Part shown: positions 44,380 to 55,833 of the stretch, piece by piece | Numbering within the stretch: position 1 is the first letter of the stretch | How the letters are laid out: each line of letters opens with the position of its first letter | Assembly (NCBI GenBank): GCA_963714275.1 | Contig: CAVQNT010000007.1 | Span: forward strand, 157,447 to 221,446 | Length of the DNA stretch: 64,000 nucleotides | Origin: Candidatus Bathyarchaeota archaeon | GTDB taxonomy: Archaea; Thermoproteota; Bathyarchaeia; Bathyarchaeales; DTEX01 | Reading direction: 5' to 3' | Translations under genes and position numbers: made by a program | The notes under the pieces: generated by a model | The model's database searches: none | What the model was told of the DNA's origin: nothing | Seen by the model: only the letters and a program-made list of their open reading frames with translations

Positions 44380-45054
44380 CTATTGTTTCCGCGCATAGAT
44401 GGACTCTGTCTTGTAGCCTATTCTTCTCCAACCATCGTATAAATACGCGTATATCGTGTAGTACCCCGTTTCCTTGGGTGTGAACTCAGCGGTGTAACGG
44501 GCTTCCTCTCCAACGGGAAGATCCTTTATATCTATTGTGGCCTGCTCTTCAGACTTTCCTGAGGGGGTTTCCACCCAGAATTCCAGTTTCAGTCCCGTAC
44601 TTTTTTTCAAGCCCTTAATGGTTGCCTCGGCACTGATGGTCTTTCCAATTGTTGTATACGGGTTTGAAAGCACTAGTAGGCGTCCGATTTCCGCTTTTTC
44701 CTCGCTTAACTTGATATTCGTCCAACCGGATTCCCACCTGAAGTATTTTCCATCCTTACGTGCTTTGATGGTGACGTATACATTAGCTGATCCTATTGCA
44801 TTAACCCTGAAAACCACTTCTTTCTCTTCATTCGGCCCCAAATCCGGAAGGTAGTGTCCAGCCCCAAATAACCCTGTTCCATAAACCGTTAGATTATATG
44901 TATCCAGAGAGTGCAATTGTATGTCAAGGTCTTTAAGAGTTTCACTTCCTATGTTTTTCAGTTTCAATGTTACCCAGTTAGTTCCTATATCTATCTCTGA
45001 AGGAGTCAATTCATAATCGATAGGGTACTTATATTTCCACATTGTTGTTGTCAT
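44380..45054 (-). CDS. Hypothetical protein with two Ig-like (CARDB-like) domains
   Basis: LKNIGSETLKDL, DLGPNEEKEV, ETGYYTIYAYL. Confidence 0.6.
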   Translation of the reverse strand: MTTTMWKYKYPIDYELTPSEIDIGTNWVTLKLKNIGSETLKDLDIQLHSLDTYNLTVYGTGLFGAGHYLPDLGPNEEKEVVFRVNAIGSANVYVTIKARKDGKYFRWESGWTNIKLSEEKAEIGRLLVLSNPYTTIGKTISAEATIKGLKKSTGLKLEFWVETPSGKSEEQATIDIKDLPVGEEARYTAEFTPKETGYYTIYAYLYDGWRRIGYKTESIYARKQ

Positions 45055-45160
45055 TTTCCATCAACCTTCAATTGCTTATCCACAAAACATCTTATGTGCT
45101 TGTTCACTTATAAGGATATGATTGCTTAAATGTTAAGCGCTAAACATGGTCTAGCTCAGC

Positions 45161-45325
45161 TCACTTACCAGTAAATGGATTTTTCCCTTTAATAATTCTG
45201 ATAAGTATCACGATTACAGCGATGACCAGCAGTACATGGATTAGCCCACCAATTGTGAAAGAGCCGACAACTCCTAATAGCCAAAGAATCAAAAGAACCA
45301 CGACTATAAGTGTCAATAAATCCAT
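45161..45325 (-). CDS. lmo0937-family small membrane protein
   Basis: Manual translation MDLLTLIVVVLLILWLLGVVGSFTIGGLIHVLLVIAVIVILIRIIKGENPFTGK; the TGA stop begins a linker. Confidence 0.85.
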   Translation of the reverse strand: MDLLTLIVVVLLILWLLGVVGSFTIGGLIHVLLVIAVIVILIRIIKGKNPFTGK

Positions 45326-45466
45326 TTTCTAACCTCCATATCTTGTTTGGTACTAGTTTCTCGCTCTTCTGCCTTAACCTACTGATTCATATGTTAATGA
45401 TGTATATATTTTTGCTTTATAGAATATTTAATTTTTTTGGGGGTATTTTCTCTATTATTCTGGGTA

Positions 45467-45690
45467 TGTGTGATATACACGATATACATGATACGGAGTA
45501 AGGTAGAGAGAGATAGAATAAGAATAGAAGAATAAGAGAAAAAAGGAAAGTGGGTTTGGGGTTAAATTTTAATCTTTCTCTGGCTCACTCTGACGCTCAC
45601 ACAAGTCTCTCTCTCACTCTCTCTGTGTCACAGAGACAGACACGCACACACGACACAACACACACATACTAGCTAACTAGCTAGCTAAGC
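45467..45690. repeat. Two-armed core element ending in a five-stop linker
   Basis: GGGTTTGGGGT-TAAATTTTA-ATCTTTCTC; right arm resembles 55561-55667; linker CTAGCTAACTAGCTAGCTAAGC. Confidence 0.85.
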
Positions 45691-45807
45691 TTGAGGTAAT
45701 GCTCACAAATCTTGGTCATCATATATCAGTCAATTGTGGAACGTTGTATCCAATGACATTTCCTTTACCATCAACTTGAAAAACGATGGTAGTCGTTTTT
45801 TGAGTTC

Positions 45808-45996
45808 TTAACTAAATTCTATTTTTGCTTCTACGATCCAATAGTCGTTTTCTTTCCAAACCTTCGGTATGTTAAGGACTCTGTAAAACTTAAAATCTTT
45901 TTTATCAATGTGAAACGGAATCATGGCTTCTACGAAGTTCTTCTGAACCCAGTCAACGATGCTCGTGTTTAGAGTTTCTATTTCCAAATGTTCCAT
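45808..45996 (-). CDS. Small hypothetical protein (may extend by frameshift)
   Basis: 62-aa ORF between linkers. Confidence 0.45.
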   Translation of the reverse strand: MEHLEIETLNTSIVDWVQKNFVEAMIPFHIDKKDFKFYRVLNIPKVWKENDYWIVEAKIEFS

Positions 45997-46229
45997 ATCA
46001 CACCACTACTAGCACAAATGCCCATCCGAATATTTAAAATTATAATCACCAAGTTAGTTAGCTAAGGGGTATGGTCTGAAAGATGAAGACTTGAAAGAGC
46101 TAATCCTCATGGAGAATCTCAAGGAGAACTACGTTGATGAATAACTTGAAAGGATTCGTTGAAGCATATCAGTCATCTAGCTTTCTGTTTTTGTTTTCGC
46201 TTCGCAGACATGCAAAACTCGCTTTGAAT

Positions 46230-46604
46230 TTAGACATTTACGATTCTTACAACCTCCTCTGCTGAGATTGTCCTCACTATCTCCTTCGTGATTGCGTTTT
46301 TAATATATACGGACCTATCAGATTGGGATCTTTGAAGACGGAAACCTCTTGGTAGATCCAATCTTTTTCTGAGCTCCTTCAACTCAGGATCAGTTGAGCC
46401 ATGTTTACTTTTAATGAAAAAAGTTACGTGCTTCTTTGCAGTGACTGCCGCTAATCTGTATCTTCCATCGGGTGGAAGTTTAATTTCGCGTGGAAGCTCG
46501 TGGTATCTACAACTATCGCAGCTTTCAACTCGTATTTTACGACGTTTACAATAATCATTAAAGTAGTGTCTACAGCCCTCGCAATTGTAGCTCCATTGTC
46601 TCAC
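46230..46604 (-). CDS. Cys-rich basic hypothetical protein
   Basis: CEGCRHY...C...SCDSC N-terminus. Confidence 0.5.
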   Translation of the reverse strand: MRQWSYNCEGCRHYFNDYCKRRKIRVESCDSCRYHELPREIKLPPDGRYRLAAVTAKKHVTFFIKSKHGSTDPELKELRKRLDLPRGFRLQRSQSDRSVYIKNAITKEIVRTISAEEVVRIVNV

Positions 46605-46715
46605 TAATATTTAGGAGGAGATTTATTAAAACTTTTTAAGATTTATTATGTATTAAACTCATAAAGCGACTTATAGCTGAGTTAGCAAAAGATATATATT
46701 GACTTTGTTAATTAT

Positions 46716-47069
46716 TTGGCAGTAACACGAAAGGAAGGTGATATTATGGCTAAATTGGGAAGCATCGAGTTAGTAGCCGATAAAGACGTTAAGAAAGGGG
46801 AGGAAACAAAAATCAATGATCTCTTTACATCAAGTGAGCAGAGGAAAGAGTTTGAGTTACTAGAGGATGTTACAAGAGATAAAACAGGGATTAAGGTCAC
46901 CATAGCTAAAGTTGGATCATTTGATACTAAAGCCGACACCTCTAAAAAGAAGGGAGAAAAGACAAACTGCTGTGTGCTTCTAAAATACGCCGATCTTTCA
47001 AAGAATCTCAAAGCATCTGAAGACATAAAAAAGGGTGACAAGCTAGGCGTAACGATCGAAACTCTATAG
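46716..47069 (+). CDS. Hypothetical Lys-rich protein
   Basis: Internal repeat DVKKGE/DIKKGD; SD-like GGAAGGTG before the ATG at ~46746. Confidence 0.55.
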   Translation: MAVTRKEGDIMAKLGSIELVADKDVKKGEETKINDLFTSSEQRKEFELLEDVTRDKTGIKVTIAKVGSFDTKADTSKKKGEKTNCCVLLKYADLSKNLKASEDIKKGDKLGVTIETL

Positions 47070-47521
47070 AACATTAAGACAATTTGATACTTTTCAGAAA
47101 GTATGCTCTTCTTCCTTTTTTGTTTATAGCCCGCCGATAAGTTTTTCTCTTCTCTTTTTAAATTTTCTCATGACGGTTAAGTTACCTATTACATATTTGA
47201 CTTCCTAGTGAGCTGGGTTAATTTAAAACTCTTTGAAATCATCCTATTCCAATACTTTTCAAGCAACGAGTATATCCTTTTAGTCGAAAGGATATACGCA
47301 TTTTTTTATTTGATTGAGTTATACTGCTTTGAACTAGACTTAACAGCGTAACAAGGCATAGGTCTTTCTTGAACCTGATAAAGTCAAAAACACCAATCAA
47401 ACTGAACCAAAGGTTGGTGGTGGTGGTGATTAAAATTTAATCCCAAACCCAAATTTACTTACTCTTAACAATAGGAAAGTATTTGTACAAATAAAAAATA
47501 AAAGGAAGTTTGATGTGGGGC

Positions 47522-49192
47522 TTAATATTCTGGGGGCATGCCTCCATAACCGCCGCCTGGCATTCCGCCAGGTCCGCCCGGACCCCCTGGTGGCATAGGA
47601 GGAGTCTTCATCTTTCTAGACGCGATGATGTCATCGATCTTCAGTATCATTGTAGCTGCTTCAGTGGCTGACTTGATTGTCTGCTTCTTCACCACTAGTG
47701 GCTCATAGACTTCAAGTTTCCTCATGTCTTTAATTTTACCATCGAACACGTCGACGCCAGCCCATGTCTGTCCTTTCTCATGTTGAACTCTGAGGTCTGA
47801 GGTTATGTCAATTGGGTCGAGTCCTGCGTTCTCGCCTAGTGTTACTGGGATAATTTCCATTGCGTCTGCGAAGCTCTGGACAGCCAGCTGCTCTCTTCCC
47901 GGAAGCGTTTCAGCGTATTCTCTGAGTGCCTTGGCTAGTTCCATTTCAGGAGCTCCGCCTCCAGCCACTATTTTTGGTTCCTGTACTACATCTCGGACTA
48001 CGCATAGAGCGTCGTGTATGGATCTTTCTGCTTCGTCAACGATCCTTTCTGTTCCTCCGCGGATGAGTATAGCTACTGCATGCGGGTTTTTGCATCCTTC
48101 TACGAATGTCATTTTATCGTCGCCGATCTTTCTTTCCTCGACAATCGCAGCGTAACCTAGATCTTTCTTTGTCATGTCCTGCAGGTTAGTAACTACTTTT
48201 CCACCTGTGGCTTTAGCCAGCTTTTCCATATCGGATTTCTTAGCACTTTTTATAGCTACGATTCCTTTTCTAGCTAAGAAATGTTGGACCATGTCGTCTA
48301 TGCCTTTCTGGCAGATCACCACGTTCGCTTCGGTTGCAGCTATCTTTTCAACCATGTCTCGAAGCATGTTCTCCTCCTCATGGAGAAAGGCTTCCATCTG
48401 CTCAGGTGTTTCAATGTTGATCTTGGCATCGAACTCGGTCTTTTCTATTTCAAGTGCCATGTCTAACAGCACGATTTTGGCTTTTTCGACACGTTTGGGC
48501 ATGCCTGGGTGGACGACTTCCTTGTCTAGGATTATGCCCTTGATAAGTTTGGTGTCTGTCATTGATTCGCCGGGCTTCTTTTCAACCATGATGTCGTCTA
48601 GGTCCGCTCTGTATTCTTCTCCGACCTTTTGTGCCACGTAAAGAATGGCATCTACTGCTATGTCTGCCAGCATGTCGCGGTTTTCAGCCACTAGCTTGCT
48701 TGCCATCGACGTCATGGCAACTTTTTTTAATGGTTCTTTGTCTAGTGGTGATACTGTAATGGCTATTTTCTCTAGGGTCGCTAGTGCTTTGTCAGCGGCT
48801 TTTCGGTAACCGTCTATTACCACGGTTGGATGAACGTTCTTGTTCAGAAGGTCCTCTGCCTTTGAGAGGAGTTCTCCTGCTACGATCACTGACGTTGTTG
48901 TTCCGTCGCCGACCTCATCGTCTTGGGTCTTTGCTACTTCAACCATCATCTTAGCTGCTGGGTGCTCCACGTCCATCTCATCGAGAATTGTTCGTCCATC
49001 GCTGGTTATAGTCACATCACCCATGCTATCAACAAGCATCTTGTCCATGCCTTTGGGTCCAAGTGCGCTCCTAACAGCTTCTGCTATTACCTTGGCTGCC
49101 ATTATGTTGTTATGTTGCGCTTCTCTTCCTCTAGATCTGCTAGCCCCTTCCCTTAAGATCAATACAGGTACTCCGCCTTGTTGTACAGACAT
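47522..49192 (-). CDS. thsB: Thermosome (group II chaperonin) subunit with GGM-like tail
   Basis: [28 protein letters not shown]. Confidence 0.93.
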   Translation of the reverse strand: MSVQQGGVPVLILREGASRSRGREAQHNNIMAAKVIAEAVRSALGPKGMDKMLVDSMGDVTITSDGRTILDEMDVEHPAAKMMVEVAKTQDDEVGDGTTTSVIVAGELLSKAEDLLNKNVHPTVVIDGYRKAADKALATLEKIAITVSPLDKEPLKKVAMTSMASKLVAENRDMLADIAVDAILYVAQKVGEEYRADLDDIMVEKKPGESMTDTKLIKGIILDKEVVHPGMPKRVEKAKIVLLDMALEIEKTEFDAKINIETPEQMEAFLHEEENMLRDMVEKIAATEANVVICQKGIDDMVQHFLARKGIVAIKSAKKSDMEKLAKATGGKVVTNLQDMTKKDLGYAAIVEERKIGDDKMTFVEGCKNPHAVAILIRGGTERIVDEAERSIHDALCVVRDVVQEPKIVAGGGAPEMELAKALREYAETLPGREQLAVQSFADAMEIIPVTLGENAGLDPIDITSDLRVQHEKGQTWAGVDVFDGKIKDMRKLEVYEPLVVKKQTIKSATEAATMILKIDDIIASRKMKTPPMPPGGPGGPGGMPGGGYGGMPPEY

Positions 49193-49248
49193 TATTTATT
49201 TTCCTCCATTTTCTTGTTCTTTTAATTTGTTCGATTCTAATCAGTTTC

Positions 49249-50895
49249 TTAGTACTCGCCCTCTTCTCCCATCCCTGGGCCTTTAGGCATTGTTTCTTTA
49301 GGTTTAGTAGCAGCAATGATGTCGTCGATCCTTAGAATCATGCATGCAGATTCGGTGGCGGATTTTATCGCCTGTTCCTTTACGCTTAAAGGTTCGATGA
49401 CGCCCATTTCGTACATATTGGCAACTTTGCCCGTAAAAACGTCAACGCCCATATATTGGCCTTTAGGTTTCTCGTGGGCTGTTCTTAAAGCAACTGAGAT
49501 GTCGATTTGCTCTAAACCAGCATTCTCAGCTAGTGTTTTAGGTATTGCTTCTAAGGATTCTGCAAAGGCGTTAACTGCCAGTTGCTCTCTTCCACCGACC
49601 TTAACTGCGTAGTCGCGAAGTTCCCTAGCCACTTCAGCCTCTGCAGCTCCGCCTCCTGCAACGACGTTGTTCTTCCTAAAAACATCAGCTACAACAGATA
49701 AGGCGTCGTGCATGGCACGTTCAGCCTCATCTACCATCCTCTCTAAACCTGCACGGATCAGAATTGAGACGGATCTTGGATCCTTGCACCCTTCAATGAA
49801 AACCATTTTGTCGTCTCCGATCTTACGTTCCTCGACAAGGCCAGCGTAGCCCAAGTCTTCCGGCTTTAAGTCGTCGAGGTTTGTAACAATCTTTCCGCCA
49901 GTAGCCCTTGAAAGCTTATCCATGTCAGACTCCTTTGCGCGTCGAACGGCAAGGATGCCTTCTTTCGCTAGGAAGTGCTGTGCCATGTCGTCGATTCCTT
50001 TCTGGCAAACTAGGACATTAGCTTTTGATCTTTTGATCTTCTCGACCATATCCCTGAGCATGTTAGTCTCCTTGTCTAGAAACGCCTTTATTTGAGTTGG
50101 GTCTCGTATCCTGATCTCAGCGCTGATCTCTGTTTTCTTAACTTCCAAAGCCGCATTTACGAGAGCAATTTTAGCTTTTTCCACACGTTTAGGCATGCCA
50201 GAGTGAACTACTTCCTTATCTAATATTATGCCCCTTACAAGCTCTGTTTCAAGAAGGCTTTTGCCCTCTTTCTTAATAATCTGGATGTTATCAATGTCAA
50301 CCACAGTCTGTTCCCCACGTTTTTCAGACACCTGCTTTACTGCTTCGATAGCGATGTCGGCGAAGTGTTCCCTTGCTGTGCCAACGGCTTTGCTACTCAT
50401 CGACGTTACAGCAACCTTCTTCAACGTTTTTTTGTCGTCTAATTCCACCGTTATGCCTATCTTGGCTAATACCTCCATGGCTTTTTGAGATGCCTTTCTA
50501 TAACCACCAACGATAACTGTTGGATGAATGTTCTGATCCAAAAGTTCTTCTGCCTTCTTCAGTAGTTCTCCTGCTATAATAACCGCGGTTGTAGTTCCAT
50601 CACCCACCATGTCGTCCTGTGTTTTGGCTACTTCAACAATCATTTTAGCCGCTGGATGCTCAATATTCATATCCTTAAGGATTGCTGCCCCATCGTTCGT
50701 TATGGTTATGTCGCCCATGCTGTCGATGAGCATCTTGTCCATTCCGCGTGGACCAAGAGTAGTTTTGATTGTGTCAGCAACCGCCAACGCAGCTGCAATG
50801 TTGTTTTTTTGGGCTTCTTTTCCCCTATTCCTAGAAGTCCCTTCTTTCAGAACAAGTACTGGTTGCCCAGACTGAGTTTGCGTCAAATATGCCAT
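49249..50895 (-). CDS. thsA: Thermosome (group II chaperonin) subunit
   Basis: [23 protein letters not shown]; the alpha/beta assignment is tentative. Confidence 0.93.
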   Translation of the reverse strand: MAYLTQTQSGQPVLVLKEGTSRNRGKEAQKNNIAAALAVADTIKTTLGPRGMDKMLIDSMGDITITNDGAAILKDMNIEHPAAKMIVEVAKTQDDMVGDGTTTAVIIAGELLKKAEELLDQNIHPTVIVGGYRKASQKAMEVLAKIGITVELDDKKTLKKVAVTSMSSKAVGTAREHFADIAIEAVKQVSEKRGEQTVVDIDNIQIIKKEGKSLLETELVRGIILDKEVVHSGMPKRVEKAKIALVNAALEVKKTEISAEIRIRDPTQIKAFLDKETNMLRDMVEKIKRSKANVLVCQKGIDDMAQHFLAKEGILAVRRAKESDMDKLSRATGGKIVTNLDDLKPEDLGYAGLVEERKIGDDKMVFIEGCKDPRSVSILIRAGLERMVDEAERAMHDALSVVADVFRKNNVVAGGGAAEAEVARELRDYAVKVGGREQLAVNAFAESLEAIPKTLAENAGLEQIDISVALRTAHEKPKGQYMGVDVFTGKVANMYEMGVIEPLSVKEQAIKSATESACMILRIDDIIAATKPKETMPKGPGMGEEGEY

Positions 50896-51069
50896 ATCTA
50901 TCTCTCCTCAATATTCCATCATGTTGTTTTATTGATTAACCACATAAACTATTATGTGTTTACCGCCTTATAAGGGTAGATATCTAGCTAGCCAGCTTTT
51001 TCAGTTTCCTACAATGAACTTTAGATCACTTGTTCAGTTATGGTATTTAGCACGCTTAGCTCAGCTAGC

Positions 51070-51387
51070 GCTGAAGGAGACAAAGTATGTGTTCGTTTTA
51101 AAATTGATATTGGACCGCACACAGGTGAATTCAATTTGGTAGGGATTAAAGTATCCCCGACGGGCAAGAAGTCAACAGTTAAGTCTATTCAAATATGGCG
51201 TATAGCTGATGGCAAGGTTGTAGAACAAGAATCAGTAGCAGACGAATTGGATCTCATGAGACAAATGGGTCTTATCGTACCCACAGAAGAAGGGAAAAAA
51301 AACTCTTTCCAGAGAACGCCACGTAACTGCATTGGAGGCAATGCAGCAATCGGTATGTCTATCGATGAACTTGCATTCAAGCCTTAA
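51070..51387 (+). pseudogene. 5'-truncated SnoaL-like ester cyclase fragment
   Basis: Homology begins at AEGDKVCVRF...HTGEF...PTGKK...DGKVVE, immediately after the linker at 51056-51069. Confidence 0.75.
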
Positions 51388-51410
51388 TCGATAAGTGAAA
51401 TTTATCTTCC

Positions 51411-51839
51411 CTACCCCAGCTTGGGTACAAGACCAAGTTGCTGTGCCAAGCCCAAGGTATCGTATCTTACCCATGATTCCGCGAACTTACCTCCTACAAT
51501 GCGGTCAATATAGATCTCCCACATTATCACTTTTTTATTAGTGGGTGGGATCCCCTTAGGTTCGCCCTTGTGTGTTCCAGTCCATGTATGGCGTACCGCT
51601 ACCTTGTCTCCTTCGACGACCATGTCCTCAATTGTGAAATGAATGTCTGGAAACACTCTGTACCACTCGCTGCAATCTTGTTTAAAGTCCTTGATGCCGC
51701 GTATGTCCTCGCCAGTGCCACTATGCGTGACGAAGTCAGTGGCGCATAACTCGTCTATTGCAGCCATGGCAGCTGCCTTCCCTTTGTTTAACTCCCCAAT
51801 AAAACGGCGTTCAAGCGCCTTAATTTCTTCTGCTGACAT
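51411..51839 (-). CDS. SnoaL-like ester cyclase
   Basis: FPDIHFTIEDMVVEGDKVAVR, GTHKG, PPTNKKV. Confidence 0.9.
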   Translation of the reverse strand: MSAEEIKALERRFIGELNKGKAAAMAAIDELCATDFVTHSGTGEDIRGIKDFKQDCSEWYRVFPDIHFTIEDMVVEGDKVAVRHTWTGTHKGEPKGIPPTNKKVIMWEIYIDRIVGGKFAESWVRYDTLGLAQQLGLVPKLG

Positions 51840-52133
51840 AAACTATCACCTCCTTTCAGTCTGGGCTTCAATGTCCATTATGAAGATTTTTATATTAATT
51901 ATTTTGCTGACGAATATTCTGGAGAAACAGATGCTCACTAGAACTAGTAACCTAGCTAGCTTACCCTATGAAACGTTCCGTTTTAAAGTCAAGGTAACGA
52001 GTCTGAGGTTTCCCAGCTAACTAACTAATTCTATGTAAAACTATTATATTTGGGTAATATTATTATTTACATAATATATGTTCCAAAATCAATCAAGCCA
52101 AATATAATAAAAGAAATGAGAGATTGGTAAATA

Positions 52134-52625
52134 ATGGATATAAAGGAACGTTTAGTGGCTATTGGAAAATCGATTATTGCATATACAATATTAATTATTT
52201 TCTTCTTATTTTGCGTGTTTTTTTTGGGAATTAGGGACACAAAATTAATGCTCGTTATTGCATTTAGTTCAATTTTTATAATGTCATTCGTGGTAGTTTT
52301 TTTTCAAGAACAAAAAGCCAAAAAACCTAAACTATATATTGGCAACCTTAAGTGGGTAGAGAATAGACCTTCGCTTCAAACACCATATCTTCGTGTTTAT
52401 GGTGAAGTATGGAATGTAGGCAAAAGGACCGCCCACAATTGTAAACTTAAAGTAGTGGCTAATCAAGGAACAGTTAAAGCGATAGACACAGAAATATCTC
52501 TAGGCTCAATAGATATCAATCAAAAGAAGAGCGTGGACGAAAACATTTATTATGATGGTGAACCTCTCACAAGTAAAACTTTTCATCCAGAATGGACAGA
52601 AAAGAAGAAGAAGAAAAAAGACTGA
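52134..52625 (+). CDS. Membrane protein with C-terminal Ig-like (FxLYD-like) domain
   Basis: Two TM helices, VYGEVWNVGKRTA; AT-rich. Confidence 0.55.
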   Translation: MDIKERLVAIGKSIIAYTILIIFFLFCVFFLGIRDTKLMLVIAFSSIFIMSFVVVFFQEQKAKKPKLYIGNLKWVENRPSLQTPYLRVYGEVWNVGKRTAHNCKLKVVANQGTVKAIDTEISLGSIDINQKKSVDENIYYDGEPLTSKTFHPEWTEKKKKKKD

Positions 52626-52641
52626 AATTTAATCAATTCAA

Positions 52642-53382
52642 CTATCTATTATCCAGTGTCTTTAACAATTCTTGGGCTTTTTGTCCGATACGTTCGGCGA
52701 TTCGGTTGGCTATCTTCTCACCTAATTCATGAGAGGCGTAAATCCTAGGGTCGCGGCCAAAGATGCCTGCTTCTTTTATTCCTTCTTCGCTCTTCAAGTC
52801 TTCTTTCTTGATTTGTTCCATGTCCACGAGTTCTGGTCTTAGGTACATCATGAGCGAGGTTTCCCAGTGTGCAGCGTGATCCATCTTGTCATCTGTTAAA
52901 TCGTAGAGGTCTCCTTCCATCATTGCAAATCCCGTAGCCTTCCTAGTCTTCTTAATTGTGTCAACAGCTGTCTCTATTGCATTCTTCTGTTGTTCAACAT
53001 CGTGACCTGTTACGCCTACGATAACTTGGAACCCCACGTCGACTAATCCTAAGAAGATTTTTTCGTATAACCCTTCTATAAGTTTTTTTCCATACTCGTC
53101 ATCATAGTCAAAAAAGTTCATCGTCCACGGATGCCACTTATTGAGGAACCCCCAATAGGTCGGTGGGACGACCACGCCTCCAAACTTCTCAGCCGTTCTT
53201 ATGAGAATATTGTAAGCCTTGAGGGTATCATTCCCTAAAGGTAGATGCCTTCCATGCCACTCTAAGGAACCGAAGGCACAATATGCCACAGGAAACTTGG
53301 ATACTGCCTCATCCAGTTCATGGGGAAGCATTTCCTCATATCGAACTTTCCGTTTTGTCAGTTTCATCATAAATCTCCTCAA
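52642..53382 (-). CDS. Creatininase family protein
   Basis: GSLEWHGRHLPLGND, GH, DHAAHWETS. Confidence 0.88.
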   Translation of the reverse strand: MRRFMMKLTKRKVRYEEMLPHELDEAVSKFPVAYCAFGSLEWHGRHLPLGNDTLKAYNILIRTAEKFGGVVVPPTYWGFLNKWHPWTMNFFDYDDEYGKKLIEGLYEKIFLGLVDVGFQVIVGVTGHDVEQQKNAIETAVDTIKKTRKATGFAMMEGDLYDLTDDKMDHAAHWETSLMMYLRPELVDMEQIKKEDLKSEEGIKEAGIFGRDPRIYASHELGEKIANRIAERIGQKAQELLKTLDNR

Positions 53383-53480
53383 ATTGAAGGATGCTTTGTT
53401 GCCTACTTAAATTCGTTTCTAGCTAGAATCTCCCATTTTGTGAACAGCATTTTATCAGGGAGACCCCTTTCCAGCTTCAG

Positions 53481-53599
53481 TAACTGGCTAGCTATGTAAT
53501 TGTTTTTGTTTGTGTTTGTTTGTTTAGCCTTGTATTGGTAAGTTTGAGTATTGAAGTATAAGGGCGTAAGTAAGTATGGGTTGGGGGAACTACATTTTA
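53481..53599 (-). repeat. Linker-arm-core element
   Basis: TAACTGGCTAGCTA linker, TG-rich arm, GGGTTGGGGGAAC-TACATTTTA core. Confidence 0.65.
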
Positions 53600-53725
53600 G
53601 CTGCAGCTGCTTTTGGATATAGCTCAAAATAAGAGGCGCATTTAGTATTCTATATGCGTGTAGAATTATTTCTAATATGATGTATGAAACTCCTACGCCT
53701 ATAACGGATTATATAGTGTTACACT

Positions 53726-54145
53726 TCATTTTTCATTTGCTTCAACAACGCCTTTGTTCCAAGAACCTATTTCAATAAGATTGCCCTCGGGATCTGTGAT
53801 CATTGAAGATCGCATTCCCCATGGCTCATCTCGGGGTTTGTAAACCGGTATGGCCCCTGCGCTTATAACTCGAGAATATTCTTTATCCACATCTTCAAAC
53901 CGTGGTAAGTCTAATGCTAATTCAAATGTACCGTTTAGACCTTTTGGATAATCAGGTTTCTTTCCAAGCAGCTTAGGCAATTCTGATCTTTCGTACATGG
54001 AGAATCGTATTCCATGATGTTTAAACTCAGCGTACGGTCCTTTCCCGTCCCATTCGATTTCAAAGCCCAAAACGTCTCGATAGAAAGCGACCATTTTTTG
54101 TAAATCTTGTACAAACAAGCCAATCATATCAAACCTTGTACCCAT
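53726..54145 (-). CDS. VOC / glyoxalase family protein
   Basis: FYRDVLGF, EPWGMRS, DPEGNLIEI. Confidence 0.9.
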   Translation of the reverse strand: MGTRFDMIGLFVQDLQKMVAFYRDVLGFEIEWDGKGPYAEFKHHGIRFSMYERSELPKLLGKKPDYPKGLNGTFELALDLPRFEDVDKEYSRVISAGAIPVYKPRDEPWGMRSSMITDPEGNLIEIGSWNKGVVEANEK

Positions 54146-54165
54146 ATTAAACCCAGCTATCCAAT

Positions 54166-55512
54166 TTATTTGTCGGGAAAAGTAAGCAAGGTCATTAGCT
54201 CAGATATATCTTGCACCTTCTCCAGTGACAATACAGTCTCTGCAATCTGCTCTGCCCGACTTTGGGAGAGAACTCGCAACGCACATTTCATGTACTTGTC
54301 CATGACTTCCTCATCACTAACTATGATTGGGTCAGTGGGCTTTGGACATACCTTCTTGTATTCAGTGCCATCTTTCAGTCTGATAGCTATAGGGATTTCT
54401 CCTCCTAATGGCAACTCGGGAGCAGCCCATTCTGGATGGACAACCATCTTTACCTTGTCTCGGAAGGCTATGACCTGTGGGTGATTCACCCTTTCAGTAC
54501 TGTAGCTCTCTATCCATGGTTTCTTATCCAGAAAACAACAGGCAATACTGTGTGGCAGGCTAAATCTAGCCTCCTCTTCATCTTTCGGGTGATGGAACCG
54601 TATTGTATTGGCAAATACTGGGGAAACATCGACCTGTATGCTTTCCACATCATCCGCAGAAATGTTGTGAGCCTTTATGAGTTCAATAAAGCCATCAATG
54701 GGGTGCATTTCCAGAAAGCAGCAAGGATATTTTTTAATGCCAATATTCTTCGCTCGGTATGGCTCTCCTAATTTCGGGAATAGAGTAGGCTTCCCCAGCC
54801 ACGCCGTGCAAGTATCCCCTAGGCATCTCCAATGATATCTGGCTGGCCCGTGAGACCATGCTTAGCCAACATTGCCGAAGCTATCCCATTCCTCCCAGCA
54901 AGTCCTGCTTCGAAGAGGTGTGAGCCTGTACCGGTCTGGCTCAGAATGCGCCAGCTTGGTATGGGAAGCAGCAACACTTACCGCCATTGTTGTTTTTTCT
55001 AATCCGAGTTTCAACATCTTAGCTGAAGAGGCCGCCACACCTATCGTGCAGAAGGAAGGAGCAATGCCCCGCGACGAAGAAGCATCTTAACAGACTGGCA
55101 AAGATAACTTTCCGGCTATGTCCCAGGCTATGACAAATGCCTCGATGACTTCTTTTCCTGAAACGTGAAGCTTCTCTCCAAGAGCAAAGACGCCGGGAAA
55201 GATTCCTACGCTGTAAATCAAGTCAGGGATGATATCGTCCTCTAACTCTGTAGAGTGAGACGTAGTCCCATTTGCAAGTGCCGCGTACTCCGCTGAAGTG
55301 CGAAAACCAGCACCGAAAACTCCAGCCTCCTGAGGTGCCGCGCATTCTTTTACATAACTTATTACGGCTTTGCCAGCACCAGTATTAACACCAGCTAAGG
55401 TCATACCTACACCACTCAGAAGGACGTTTTTAACGTGTTTTACAAGAGCCGAGTCAAAGTCATCAAAAGTAGTCTTATGGGCAAACTCAGCTATGTCCCT
55501 CGTTGTCCCCAT
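54166..55512 (-). CDS. MmgE/PrpD family protein, frameshifted
   Basis: AALANGTTSHSTELEDD, HPIDG, ARFSLPH. Confidence 0.85.
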
Positions 55513-55551
55513 ATTAGACCCTCTTTAGTTAATTACTGAAAGTTAGTGTAT

Positions 55552-55667
55552 TAAAATTTAATCTTTCTCTGCCACGCTTAGACGCTCACACAGACTCTCT
55601 CTCTCTGTGTCACACAGACAGAGACACATACAGACAGACACAGACACACACAACTAAGCTAGTTAGC
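55552..55667 (+). repeat. Core-arm-linker element (paralog of 45563-45690)
   Basis: TAAAATTTA-ATCTTTCTCT, GACGCTCACACA, CA/GA tract, CTAAGCTAGTTAGC. Confidence 0.8.
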
Positions 55668-55833
55668 CTATAGTAAGACAGTTAGTCAGAGAGATATAGT
55701 TAGAAAGATATAGGCAGAGAAAAAGATTAAGCGCGCGTTGTTTATGAATTATCTATATGATTGCTTTTAAGAAAAATACAAATCGAGGAACACTGTTTTT
55801 TTATTAATATTGTGGTCTTGGAGTGAATATTAA

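Noticed and set aside
47522-50895. Tandem thermosome genes as a novelty
   Set aside because: Multiple group II chaperonin subunits are normal in archaea.
47805-50973. Plus-strand ORFs over the thermosome genes
   Set aside because: Antisense shadow frames of highly conserved genes.
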